Positions 47,542 to 60,041 of a DNA stretch of 64,000 bases are shown here, piece by piece. The DNA comes from Macrostomum hystrix. Taxonomy: Eukaryota > Animalia > Platyhelminthes. The stretch spans positions 7,812,001 to 7,876,000 of the forward strand of contig CATNEN010000002.1 of the NCBI GenBank assembly GCA_950097015.1, in the 5' to 3' direction. The translations under genes were made by a program, and so were the position numbers. Numbering within the stretch: position 1 is the stretch's first letter; each line of letters opens with the position of its first letter. The notes below the pieces were generated by a model that worked only from the letters and a program-made list of their open reading frames with translations, had not been told where the DNA came from and ran no database searches.

Positions 47542-48254
47542 TCACAACCGGCTACCGTGTCCAGCGTCATGTCCCGGCCAAGTGTGCGCGGCTTGTGTTC
47601 CCACGGCCATGTTGCGTGTCAGCTCTAATGAGCCCCAAGCACACACAACCCCCGCTTCACTGCTTCCTGGCATCATCCGTGATAAGGATACTCGCTCGAA
47701 GCATCCGCGGCTCAGTTTGAGAGACAGGTAGCCTCGGCCAGGACTGTGGGCCCGGTGGGCATCGCGAGCGATAAGTTGTCAATTCTCAGCGTGAGCTCCA
47801 GCATGGGAAGATGCGCTGCATTCCTGTCCCAGCCTGACAGGTGGGAGCCGGATATTTGGCCAATTGGCGGGCTACACTGGAGTCACCGGATGCCGATGCA
47901 GGCCTCACTAATTAACCAGTTTGCCTTCTTAATTAACTTATCAGCCGAGGAATGCCAAGGCCTTAGTCCCTCTTATCCCCTTCGCCTAGAGGATCCGGGC
48001 CTTCCATTATTCTTTCTCCCATATTTGTCTCGCTTTGGTTCGTGGCTAAAATTTAGCTCCCCAAACGGCTTGCAACAGAGATGGGGTCCGCCCGCCTCAC
48101 CCACCTCACCTCCGCCCCGCTCCTCATGGCTTCTCCAGCGAATGGTAGGCATGCTGCCGACTCCGCTTTATATTGGCCGCCTAAGCGGGGACTGGCAGCT
48201 GAGGAGCGCCTTCTGCAGCGACTGCGACAGAAATCTCCAAGCGGCTGATGAGGA

Positions 48255-51200
48255 ATGAAGCGGCTGGCTGTGAATGCAGATGGATCTCACCTGAGCAAGC
48301 TCTCTCGGCAGGAAGGTAAGTGGCGCAGAGTTGATGCGTATAATACACAGCCTGTGTTAAAAAGAACGCGGATTTCTTGGAATTCATGAGATGCTTGGAG
48401 GAGTACGTCAGTGCGTGAGTGTACCATGGAGGTGTACGTCAGTGTGTGAGTGTACCATGGAGGTGAACGTCAGTGTGTGAGTGTACCATGGAGGTGAACG
48501 TCAGTGTGTGTGTGTGTACCATGGAGAAGTACGTCAGTGTGTGAGTGTACCATGGAGGTGTACGTCAGTGTGTGTGTGTGTACCATGGAGGTGTACGTCA
48601 GTGTGTGAGTGTACCATGGAGGTGCACCTTGATGATACTCATTGCTCATTTCTTATTGCTATCACCGCTCGTGTCAAAGGCCATTGCCTAAAATTTCACT
48701 TCGTGGCAATGGCCAGCCGTTGCATAAAGTTAATTGCCCCGTGAAAATTTGACCCAATGATGCTCATAGGCAATCAGAGTTTGAGGCGATGGCCAGTCAG
48801 CGGAATGGGCAGAATTGCCTCCTCGCTGGCTGCGGGTCTACTGTCACCAAATGATGTGCCAGTTGCGAACAACAGCCTTACCGAAATTATACATTTTTAA
48901 CCATTAACAGTAGAACTACCAAGGGGGGGGATTTTTCCCCCCTTGACAATTTTTTTGCTGCACCCGAACGGAACAATGCAAGCACACGAAACTCAAGAAC
49001 ACGGGCCAACTTTTTGTTGCGCATCTTCTGAAACAAGAAACAAGTCGCCAGCTCTTCAGACCGTCGAGATATTCAATGTTTCTGGCCGAAGGTCCGATTT
49101 TTCCCATAAGAGCTAGTGTATTTCATACACCCCTATACACGAATTTGCACTGCGCCTCAGTGCGGCCTTTCCAGACCTTCAAACTTTATCAGCATGTCAC
49201 CCGAATGTGCTTGCATCATCTCCGACTTCGGCGGTCACCGACCTTTATCTAGATCTATCTCTCTTATCTATCTAGACCTTCAAGAGCTACAACAGGTGGA
49301 AATAGGCCACTATGGACACCCTGACGCGAATTTCTCCAATTTCACTGTTCAAGCCTAACTATTAGGCGCAGCTCAACCACAGGACACCCTCGACTAGTCT
49401 GTCAACCAATCAGTCACCCCCAAAGCATTCAGGCGCTGGCAAAAACATTTTCAGGGGGGGGGAAATCCCCCCTTGGTATAAAAACGGGCGGCAAAATGGC
49501 TTGGTAGTCCTACTGTTAAGCTACAATCGGTAGTCGAACGACCACATAATGATAAAAAGCTATATAAGCTAAAGCTAAATGCAATCCATGCATTGTCGTT
49601 GCATGGATTGATTAAGTTTTGTACCTGCAAGACTATGGATGCGTATGCTAATGGGAATAAATAGCCAGAACTTCAACAGGCCGAATCGCATACGCATATA
49701 TTTAGCTTGTAAGCGCAACCCGCACACAATGAGAGGCAGCCATCGGTGGAAATCGGACGCAATGCATGCGCGCAGCTCGCATTCCGCGCTGAATCAGGTT
49801 GTCCCGGGATTCCGCTGCCGCTGCTCCCCCTTCTGCGGTCCCTCGATGGCCCCCCTCTCCGCCGCTTGCCTCTCCTGCCAGCAGTGCAATATGTGGGGTG
49901 TGGGAACAAAACGATCGGGGCTGGCCGAATTGCGAAACGAATACCGCGGCGGTGAAACTGCAGCTCTGCGGAGCCACTTCTGGGAAGCACCGGGCGGAGG
50001 TGGGGACACGGGTGGGCCAGAGTGCTAATCATCAATCACCGATGGCGGCGGCCCCCCCAGAGAATCAGGTCTCGGGCCCGCGGTAGAGATGGAGAGGGTG
50101 GTACTGGTTGCTGCGCCTGCGATAGAGACACCAGATAGATTGACTGTGCGAGCTCCCGCCACAATGAGGGGGCTTTATTTCTCATCTTATTCGCCAATTC
50201 AAGCATCATGGCGCAATGCATTGCAAACCTGTTGAATTGCGATCATATTCGTCGAATATAGGTCGTGTCTTCGCGTGTCGGGAGAAAAGAATAAAAAAAC
50301 GGACTTAAAGTTTGTTATACTGATTGTCTGTTTCCGTTTGTCGCTGCAGCGTGAATTGGCGATCATGTTCTGCTTTGCGGGTCTCCCGCGATCTGCTTTC
50401 ACTCTGCCCTCTCTCTGGCCTTCTGCACCTGAAGACCCCCCAAACCCGGATGCTGCATTCGTAACAATAACAGTTCAGCCTTGACCAGGCCAGCCTCACC
50501 CCAGCCCTTCAAAGCCTTCGATTCCCTCGAGGTCCCGTCCTTGTTTACATTGGCAACCCCTCGCTTATTCGGGCCGGCAGTTCTGGGGCCAAATCCAGCG
50601 GACAGCTGCCCACTCCAATAAGCCACAATGGCTTGAAAAAACCACACTGAGTCGGCCCAGCAGGTGCACTGTTTACAATCTCAAGCGACTTGTTGCTGTT
50701 TTAGAAAAGCCAATCAGAAACAAACGTTTGGCTCAGATGCATTCAGATAAGACTGCTTAAGATTGCTTCTCTGACATGTCAATCTATCTGTCTATCTGTC
50801 TATCTATTTTGGCAGTTTATACCAAAGTGGAGCCAGATCACACCGCTGAGTCAACGGTAATTGGATCTGGTTCAACTCAATCAGTAGAATATCTGCATCA
50901 GCAGCAACAGCAGCAGCAGCAGCAACTGAATAGACGAGAGCAGCAGCTGCTCAACCCATACATTGCTCACATCGACTGCCGCCTTGAGAACTACAGCCTG
51001 TGGGAGAAATTTGACAGCCTTGGCACCGAGATGATTGTGACCAGGGCTGGCAGGTGAGTACTGGGAGCTGTCCGCCTTCGCCTTACCTTCCCCATACTTG
51101 CCCAATACCTGCACATTACCTGCACATTACCTGCCAATTACCTGCCCATTACCTGCCCATTACCTGCCCATTACCTGCCCATTACCTGCCCATTACCTAC

Positions 51201-54200
51201 CTTATCGATTATAACATCCTTCACAATCCACTATCCTAGTCCATATCCTTCTCAATCCACTAACTCCAGTCCCTATCCTTCTCTATCCACTAATCCCAGT
51301 CCCTATCCTTCTCAATCCACTAATCCCAGTCCCTATCCTTCTCTATCCACTAATCCCAGTCCCTATCCTTCTCAATCCACTAATCCCATTCCCTATCCTT
51401 CTCAATCCACTAATCCCATTCCCTATCCTTCTCAATCCACTAATCCCAGTCCCTATCCTTCTCAATCCACTAATCCCAGTCCCTATCCTTCTCAATCCAC
51501 TAATCCCAGTCACTATCCTTCTTAATCCACTAATCCCAGTCCCTATCCTTCTCAATCCACTAATCCCAGTCCCTATCCTTCTCAATCCACTAATTCCAGT
51601 CCCTATCCTTCTCAATCCACTAATCCTAGTCCCTATCCTTCTCAATCCACTAATCCCAGTCCCTATCCTTCTCTATCCACTAATTCCAGTCCCTATCCTT
51701 CTCAATCCACTAATCCCAGTCCCTATCCTTCTCAATCCACTAATTCCAGTCCCTATCCTTCTCTATCCTGTCGCTCCGCCCCTTCGCAGGCGGATCTTCC
51801 CCACCTTCCAGGTGCGCCTGTTCGGCCTGGACCCGGAGGCCACCTTCATGCTGATGCTGGACTTCGCTTCCTGCGATGACAAGCGGTACCGGTACAGCTT
51901 CCACACCTCCAGCTGGATTGTGGCGGGTGAGCTAGACCTGCTGCTCCTAGAGCCAAGCTGTCACACATGGAGGGGGGTGATTGTGAATTCATTTTCGCAG
52001 CTCATAAGAAACTCGGATAGCGACAATCGGATACAGAGCTGAAAGCAGAAGCATTGTCCCGGCAAATTAGCGGTAAGGCAATTCAGCCAAGTGTAGCCAA
52101 TTCAGTCATGCGAGCTGCACGGAGCCGGAGCTGGAGCTCCGCGCCGACTGTAGCTAGTTGTCAATCCGGCGTGGGAACCGCAGCGGCCCGCTAGCTGTGC
52201 TGTAGCCAGCACGCAGCCAGCAATGCTACAGCAGACTGGCTTTGTTCGAGGCTAAAAAATAATAGACGACCCATGATTCAAGTGAATGGCAGTCAGCATT
52301 CATTCAAAAATTCTAATTGACTATTCACAATTTAACTAATTTCACCATTCACCATTCACTACTTACGATTTAACATTCACCATTTATCATTCACAAGTCA
52401 TAATTTATAATTCACCACTCACCTTTAACTATTCACCATTCGCCATTCACCGATAGTCATTTGCCATTCACCAACAGCCTTCACCAACAGCCATTCCCCA
52501 ACAGCCATTCACCATTCACCAACAGCCATTCACCATTCACCAACAGCCATTCACCACTCACCAACAGCCATCCACCATTCACCAACAGCCATTCACCATT
52601 CACCAACAGCCATTCACCATTCACCAACAGCCATTCACCATTCACCAACAGCCATTTACTATTAACCAACAGCCATTCACCGCTCACCAACAGCCATTCA
52701 CCATTCACCAATAGCCATTCGCCATTCACCAACAACCATTCACCACTCACCAACAGCCAATCACCATTCACCAACAGCCATTCACCATTCACCAACAGCC
52801 ATTCACCATTAACCAACAGCCATTCACCACTCACCAACAGCCATTCACCATTCACCAACAGCCATTCACTATTAACCAACAGCCATTCACGGCTCACCAA
52901 CAGCCATTCACCATTCACCAATAGCCATTCACCATTCACCATTCACCATTCACCATTCACCAACAACCACTCACCAACAGCCATTCACCATTCACCAATA
53001 GCCATTCACCATTCACCAACAGCCATTCACTATTGACCAACACCCATTCACCACTCACCAACAGCCATTCACCATTCACCAACAGCCATTCACCATTCAC
53101 CAACAGACATTCACCATTCACCAACAGCCATTCACCATTAACCAACAGCCATTCACCACTCACCAACAGCCATTCACCATTCACCATTCACATACAGCCA
53201 TTCACCATTCACCTACAGCCATTCGCCATTCACAAATAGCCATTCACCATTCACCATTCACCAACAACCATTCACCATTCACCATTCACCTACAGCCATT
53301 CACCATTCACCTACAGCCATTCACCATTCACCAACAGCCATTCACTAGTCACTAACAGCCATTAGCCATTTACCAACAGCCATTCACTATTAACCAACAG
53401 CCATTTGCCATTCACCATTCACCATTGAACCTGCCCCGCAGGCAAGAGCGATCCCCAGGGCCCTGGCCGTGTTCACGTGCACCAGGACAGCCCGGCCAGG
53501 GGCGCGCACTGGATGCGCCAGGTGGTGTCCTTCGACAAGCTCAAGCTGACGAACTACAACATGGATAGCAACGGACATGTGAGTCGCCGGGCAGCACCCC
53601 AGGGAGAAAGTTCCCGCTTGTCCACAAATGCAGGGCATAGTGCGAAATTTATCAATGGAGTCACTGTCTTTTTACACAATAAAGAATCGGAAATAAAATA
53701 CTTTGCAGACTTACTTACTGTAAGTAGAAATGCGAGAGTTTTAATGTCTTTTTGCTAAAATAATAAAACCCCGCAGATCATTCTAAACTCCATGCACCGC
53801 TATCAGCCGCGGTTTCACGTTTTCCACCTGCCCGAGAGGCACCTGGGCGGCGGCGCTGCCGAAGCTGCCGACCTTCAGCAACCGGCCACTGGCGAGGATC
53901 TGAACTGCCACGCTGACAACATTCGCACCTTCGTATTCCCGGAGACCAAGTTCTACGCAGTCACGGCCTATCAGAACCAGCGGGTCAGTGCAGTTGAAGC
54001 GAAATCGAACGACAAATCTAATGAAAAATTGAATGACAAATCGAATGACGAATCGAATGACAAATCGAATCTAATGACAAATCTAATAAAAATTGAATGA
54101 CAAATCGAATGACAAATCGAATGACAAATCGAATGACAAATCGAATGAAAAATCGAATGACAAATCGAATGAAAATGTTGAATGACAAATCGAATGACAA

Positions 54201-56341
54201 ATCAAATGACAAATCAAATGACAAATCAAATGACAAATCAAATGACAAATCAAATAACAAATCAAATGACAAATCAAATGACAAATCAAATGACAAATCA
54301 AATGGCAAATCAAATGACAGTTCAAATGACATGTCAAATGTTAATGAATGACAAAGCAAATGACACGGAGTATGACAAATGAGAATCAATTGACAGCCCA
54401 ATTGAAATTTATGGTACAAAATGCATACAAAAATAACAGATTCGAACGAATTTCAGATCACCCAACTGAAAATCGCCAGCAATCCATTTGCCAAGGGTTT
54501 CAGGGACTGCGACTCAGACGACTGCAGGTGAGCCTTTGGCTTGATTTCTGGGAGCTGGCATGAGATTTCAGAGAAACTGCTCAAGCATGATCACATGAGC
54601 ACAATAATGCTTGGGGGCTCGTCGTGCAATTTACGCCCTTGAGGGCCAACCCCAAGTGAAAAAGGCACAGTGAAATAGTACACTGCCTGTACGGTACGGT
54701 TACCGTTTATTTGCGTGATCGTGTGTGCTCAGGTCGACCGTCACCAGCTGCCTCAGAGTTAACAGGAAATACAAAGCCATTTTGCCGCACTTTTTATACC
54801 AAGGCCCCCCCTGAAAACTTTTTGGCAGCCCCTGAATGTAAACAGCTATGGGTGGTGACTGATTGGTTGACAGACTAGGCGATGGTGTCTTGTGGTTGAG
54901 CTGCGCCTAATATTTAGGCTTGATCGGAGATATTGGAGAAATTCGCGCCAGGGTGTCTATAGTGGCCTAGTTCCACCTGTTGTAGCCATTGAAGGTCCAG
55001 CAGTCCGTCTAGATAAAGGTGGATGACCACCGTAGACGGAGATTTGCCATAAACGGAGATGATGCAGGCACATTCGGGTGACATGCTGATAAAGTTTGAA
55101 GGTCTGGCAAGGCCGCACTAAGGCGCAGTGCAAATTCGTGTATAGGGGTGTATGAAATACACTAGCTCTTATGGGGTAAATCCGATCTTCGGCCAGAACC
55201 ATTGAATATCTCGACGGTCTGAAGAGCTGGCGACTTGGTTCTTGTTTCAGAAGATGCGCAACAAAAAATTTGGCCCGTGTTCTTGAGTTTCGTGCGCTTG
55301 CGTTGCTCCGTTCGGGTGCAGCACAAAATATGTCATTTGAAACAAATTAAAATGTTTTTTAAGTTGAGTCACATGACGTAGTGACGAACCAATGACTGAT
55401 TGACACCAACTTGTCCCGTTCCAGCAGCACCGCGCAGCTGCTCAGCCAGTTCGGCCTGCCAGGCGGCTTCAACGGCCGCAACCCGAGCGCTCCGGCGTCC
55501 AGCCGCCTGGCGTACATCGCGCCAGCCAGCTTTGCCGCCGCCGCTGCGGCCAGGCGGCGAAATTTTAAAGCAACAACAACGGACTGCGCTCAGCTGACAG
55601 GTGAGGACAGACCGGTAAACCATGAAAACCGGTAAACCATAAAATCCCGTAAACCGCTAGTCCGAAAAGTACGAGTATAACTCAATAAAGAACGAAAGCC
55701 TTTGAGAAGAATTTTAGTTACAGAATCTATGAGCACAGTCTATGAGCAAAATCTATGAGCACAATCTATGAGCACAATCTATGAGCACAATCTATGAGCA
55801 CAATCTATGAGCACAATCTATGAGCACAATCTATGAGCACAATCTATGAGCACAATCTATGAGCACAATCTATGAGCACGATCTATGAGTACAATCGAAC
55901 TATAGTCTAAACGCTGCCCTCATTCTTCTAAACAGGAGCTTACACGGGGTTCGCCCCGGCTCAGGCAGCTGCCGTCTCGTTGTCAGCCACGGCACCTCGT
56001 TACCTTTGCGACGGAGATCGCGGAGGTGGCGCAGGCCACAGTCAGATCTGCCTGCCACAGCTGCCGCCGCACTCGTCAGCGCTGGCTCAGCCTTCTGTCG
56101 ACTTCTGTGGCGATTCTTTCGAGCAGCAGCAGCGGCGGCGGCAGCAGACGGATTCCCAGAATCACACAGTCGAGCAGGCGAGCAACGCATCGCTGCAGGA
56201 GTCGGGCTACCAGCTCCATTGTAACCCGGACTGCTCGCCTAGTCGCTATGGCAACCGTTATTCGCCTTATTCGCAGAAGGCGCATGATCTGCAGACCCTT
56301 GGCCAGGGTGCGTGTCCGTACAGACCGACTGGCACCCACCT

Positions 56342-56373
<32 letters not shown>

Positions 56374-56459
56374 TGTACTCCTGCGAATTCAACACATCCG
56401 ACTTGTCCCGCGGTCTGTTCTACAATTCTCCCGGGATGGAGGAAAACCTGTCCAAGTAG
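48255..56459 (+). CDS. TBX1: T-box transcription factor, TBX1/10 subfamily (exons: probable 48255-48315, then 50816-51053, 51790-51926, 53442-53578, 53777-53983, 54457-54527, 55425-55600, 55936-56459)
   Basis: [121 protein letters not shown]. All phases join. First exon inferred from the GTAAGT donor at 48316 with matching phase; ATG 50776 is the alternative start. Confidence 0.93.
48410..48625. repeat. ~30-bp minisatellite (GTGTACCATGGAGGTGTACGTCAGTGTGTGA), probable TBX1 intron 1
   Basis: About 7 units. Confidence 0.9.
48908..49515 (+). mobile_element. Non-autonomous TIR element (MITE), complete copy
   Basis: 16-bp TIR CAGTAGAACTACCAAG / CTTGGTAGTCCTACTG (one mismatch), TTAA on both sides (48904-48907, 49516-49519), G-run/C-run hairpins near both ends, no coding capacity. 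Confidence 0.8.
51110..51768. repeat. 11-bp (CCTGCCCATTA) then 30-bp (CCCTATCCTTCTCAATCCACTAATCCCAGT) minisatellites, TBX1 intron
   Basis: Two adjacent arrays, 51110-51195 and 51225-51768. Confidence 0.95.
52340..53425. repeat. 21-bp minisatellite (CCATTCACCATTCACCAACAG, 7-bp subunits), TBX1 intron
   Basis: About 1.1 kb of tandem units. Confidence 0.95.
54003..54350. repeat. 12-bp minisatellite (AATGACAAATCG/A), TBX1 intron
   Basis: About 28 units. Confidence 0.93.
54595..54735 (+). mobile_element. SINE central fragment (another 3' fragment at ~48793-48840)
   Basis: GCTTGGGGGCT..CAATTTACGCCC, CACAGTGAA..GTACACTGCCTG and GTGTGTGCTCAGG are shared with the 39452 copy. Confidence 0.6.
54763..55335 (-). 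mobile_element. Second copy of the same MITE, inverted, one end truncated
   Basis: Reverse complement aligns with 48955-49515 at roughly 85-90% by eye. TTAA at 54759-54762 precedes a degenerate TIR. Confidence 0.85.
55729..55892. repeat. 13-bp minisatellite (ATCTATGAGCACA), TBX1 last intron
   Basis: About 12 units. Confidence 0.95.
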
Positions 56460-56654
56460 CTGACTCAGCTTGAAAATAAAATGATTTTTCTTTGAAAAAT
56501 GCAGGACCACTTATTCTCAAGTTATTCGATTATCATACGAACTAATGATTTAACAGAAATCATGCAGTTCTTCTCAATCTAAAAAATTAGTGAGTCCATT
56601 TTCCATTTACGGTCTTCATTTATTTTATGGCGGTAAACACAGAGTGACAATATT

Positions 56655-57442
56655 AAGTAGTGACGAGGATACAGAGTGAGAAGGATAGAGTGACAAGGAC
56701 ACAGAGTGACAAGGATACAGAGTGACAAGGATACAGAGTGACAAGGATACAGAGTGACAAGGATACAGAGTGACAAGGATACAGAGTGACAAGGATACAG
56801 AGTGACAAGGATACAGAGTGACAAGGATACAGAGTGACAAGGATACAGAGTGACAAGGATACTGAGTGGCAAGGATACTGAGTGGCAAGGATACAGAGTG
56901 GCAAGGATACAGAGTGACAAGGATACTGAGTAACAAGGATGCAGAGTGACAAGGATACTGAGTAACAAGGATGCAGAGTGACAAGGATACTGAGTAACAA
57001 GGATGCAGAGTGACAAGGATACTGAGTGACAAGGATACAGAGTGACAAGGATACTGAGTGACAAGGATACTGAGTGACAAGGATACTGAGTGACAAGGAT
57101 ACAGAGTGACAAGGATACTGAGTGACAAGGATACTGAGTGACAAGGATACTGAGTAACAAGGATGCAGAGTGACAAGGATACTGAGTGACAAGGATACAG
57201 AGTGACAAGGATACTGAGTGACAAGGATACTGAGTGACAAGGATACTGAGTGACAAGGATACAGAGTGACAAGGATACAGAGTGACAAGGATACTGAGTG
57301 ACAAGGATACTGAGTGACAAGGATACTGAGTGACAAGGATACTGAGTGACAAGGATACGGAGTGACAAGGATACTGAGTGACAAGGATACAGAGTGACAA
57401 GGATACTGAGTAACAAGGATACAGAGTGACAAGGATACGGAG
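56655..57442. repeat. 16-bp minisatellite (AGAGTGACAAGGATAC), intergenic
   Basis: About 49 units. Confidence 0.97.
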
Positions 57443-57592
57443 TGAAATTCATATATTCGCATCGGGACTGAAAGCTACGCTGCAAGCTAGTGATAGTATT
57501 GATTCCTTTTCCTCTAGTGATAGTGTTGGCGCCTCTTCACCACAAGCCAAGTATCGACATTGCTGTGTGCTGCTGAGCACAGGCGTGTTGCC

Positions 57593-59535
57593 TCAGTGCA
57601 CCAGCTGGAAAGCAAGGCTGACCTCAGCCTCAGTGAGTACGCGTTCAAGCATCAGCACAGCTCCAATTGTGCCGTTCAGCATGAGTGGCTTATCGTTGGG
57701 AGAGCGTCCGTGTCCCATCATCAAGCAGGTGGTCAAGTTGAGCCCCGGGTCCTTCACGGCAGTTGATGCATAAATAATCCTATTTTGAGGCGTAACAATG
57801 CAGTTTCCAATGAACTGCACCTGTCTTAGATCTGCAGACGGTGAGATAACAGCAAGATCAACGAATTCTCCGGTACCAAAGGTGCTTGAAGGCCAGGTGG
57901 CATAAAAATTGCTGCTCGGGTTTGTCGTTCCTGAGGAACAGGGGCCCAAGAACGCCAGAAGTAAGACCAGTCGACAAGTCGTAGCGCAGAATTAGCGTGT
58001 TGCAGTCCACGTTTCGAATAACTGGCGCGAATCCGCTGACCCGGAGCCTGAGAAGCCAGGTGAGACCCTCCTGTGCTGGAGGCATTTTCGCGTTTATTAG
58101 CAGCATTGAGGATGTTTTCCCATTGAAGTTGAGTCCTTCACTGGTGAACTCGACTGACACCGAATGCCACTGCTGCGTGTCGCCGCACACCAAGTTGCTT
58201 CTGCTGTCTTCCTCATCGTCACTCATCACCCACGCGGCTTGAAGATTCGGACCCACAATGCTCATCAGCTTCCTGCTCAGCGTCATGAAGTTGACGGCTC
58301 TGGCATTGGCGAATGCAGCGCAGCTGTGCATTGCGTTGATCCCATTGCTGGCTGGTGCATTGATGAGGTGGCACACGACAACTTACTTGAACACTGAGCA
58401 CTGGCGAGTGTCTGAGTCGAACTGGGCCACCAACAGACCGCTCATTGTGTTCACACTGCCGACGCAAATCATCTCGCTCGACGCTAGCCTGGTCTGCACT
58501 GCACAGCGTCGGGCAGGCACCGCGGCGTCTCCACCCTGAACCACTCGGCCTTGCAGGCACAGCGGGTCACCTGGACGAGGCTCAGGAGCAGAGCGAGGCC
58601 TGAAGTAGATAGGTTAAACAGGTTCGCTTGCTCGTTAGGATTAAACGATTCTTTTTGTCGCCAGGGTACCCAAAATTTCCTAATTGAAATGCGTGCAAAT
58701 CGACTGGAGAGGTTTCCAGAGACTTAGACTGGAGAGGTTTCCAGAGACTTAGACTGGAGAGGTTTCCAGAGACTTGGACTGGAGAGGTTTCCAGAGACTT
58801 AGACTGGAGAGGTTTCCAGAGACTTAGACTGGAGAGGTTTCCAGAGACTTAGACTGGAGAGGTTTCCAGAGACTTAGACTGGAGAGGTTTCCAGAGACTT
58901 AGACTGGAGAGGTTTCCAGAGACTTAGACTGGAGAGGTTTCCAGAGACTTAGACTGGAGAGGTTTCCAGAGACTTAGACTGGAGAGGTTTCCAGAGACTT
59001 AGACTGGAGAGGTTTCCAGAGACTTAGACTGGAGAGGTTTCCAGAGACTTAGACTGGAGAGGTTTCCAGAGACTTAGACTGGAGAGGTTTCCAGAGACTT
59101 AGACTGGAGAGGTTTCCAGAGACTTAGACTGGAGAGGTTTCCAGAGACTTAGACTGGAGAGGTTTCCAGAGACTTAGACTGGAGAGGTTTCCAGAGACTT
59201 AGACTGGAGAGGTTTCCAGAGACTTAGACTGGAGAGGTTTCCAGAGACTTAGACTGGAGAGGTTTCCAGAGACTTAGACTGGAGAGGTTTCCAGAGACTT
59301 AGACTGGAGAGGTTTCCAGAGACTTAGACTGGAGAGGTTTCCAGAGACTTAGACTGGAGAGGTTTCCAGAGACTTAGACTGGAGAGGTTTCCAGAGACTT
59401 TCTTGTCAGACGGTGCATCAGGGCAGGCCGGAAAATGGAGTCTGCAGGATGCAAAGCGTTTCTGTGGAAACAAAAATCAAACCATTTACGTATGATGCGG
59501 CATAAAATACGCCTGTCTGACCCAGCATGGCTCAT
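57593..59535 (-). pseudogene. Secreted protein with PAN/Apple-like N-region and LamG/ConA-like domain, two apparent frameshifts (exons 59535-59490, 58599-58387, 58347-57593)
   Basis: Signal peptide RIIRLALLLSLVQVTRCA. GLNFNGKTS..LTWLLRLR and C-terminal LMMG...LNGTIGAVLMLERVLTEAEV fit the LamG_3/pentraxin pattern. A 5-bp duplication at 58494-58503 gives a stop at 58484; a second frame change lies between 57860 and 57990. Confidence 0.55.
58703..59400. repeat. 25-bp minisatellite (GACTGGAGAGGTTTCCAGAGACTTA), LamG-gene intron 1
   Basis: About 28 almost identical units. Confidence 0.98.
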
Positions 59536-60041
59536 TGTATTTCACCTGAGCTCTCATTGCAGTGAGCTATGCCGCATTGTTTGAGCTCTCAGCTATCGCC
59601 TTCGCGTTTCCGCTGTTCGCTTTCAATCGACTCTGCAGTTATCTCTGCAGATCCGTCACCCATCGCAGAGCTCTGCACGACAGCGAAATGGAAGCCTTGC
59701 TTAGTTAGTGAGGCCTCCCTTTAATTCTCTGAAAATATTTAATTGCTGAATTAAAATCAAAATACCTGCTCACGTGAGCTAAAATAAAAACAATCGATTT
59801 TAACTCACGAGCGTACGACCGTGAGTGTATCTACTAGACTAACATACAAACAGAGGACTGATAACGTGCATATCAAAGCATGTTCATTGCATGTACGTAC
59901 AGATATCTGTGCGCCATTTCTCTGCCCACAGCGCAAACAAAATGGCGCACTTTGGCTGCGCACAGAATCTGAGCCGACGTGCCACCAGCGGTTTGTCTAA
60001 AGAATTTGCAACTTGGCTAACAGCCGATTACTCCAGGCACA

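Noticed and set aside
47418-47731. Gln-rich ORF (MYNQQQ...) ending at a GTAGCC donor as a TBX1 coding exon
   Set aside because: It has in-frame stops upstream, a GTG start and a splice phase incompatible with exon 50816. It may be 5' UTR, but coding is unsupported.
15353-57485. Long repetitive ORFs ([54 protein letters not shown] and others)
   Set aside because: They coincide with intronic or intergenic minisatellites, are open in several frames and on both strands, and lack coding context. They are by-products of stop-free units.
9141-59400. Many repeat units contain 6-bp palindromes (TCTAGA, GCTAGC, CAGCTG, GAGCTC, CCATGG, TGTACA, TGCGCA)
   Set aside because: A ~24-nt unit has roughly a one-in-three chance of containing one, so 7-8 of ~28 arrays is what chance predicts.
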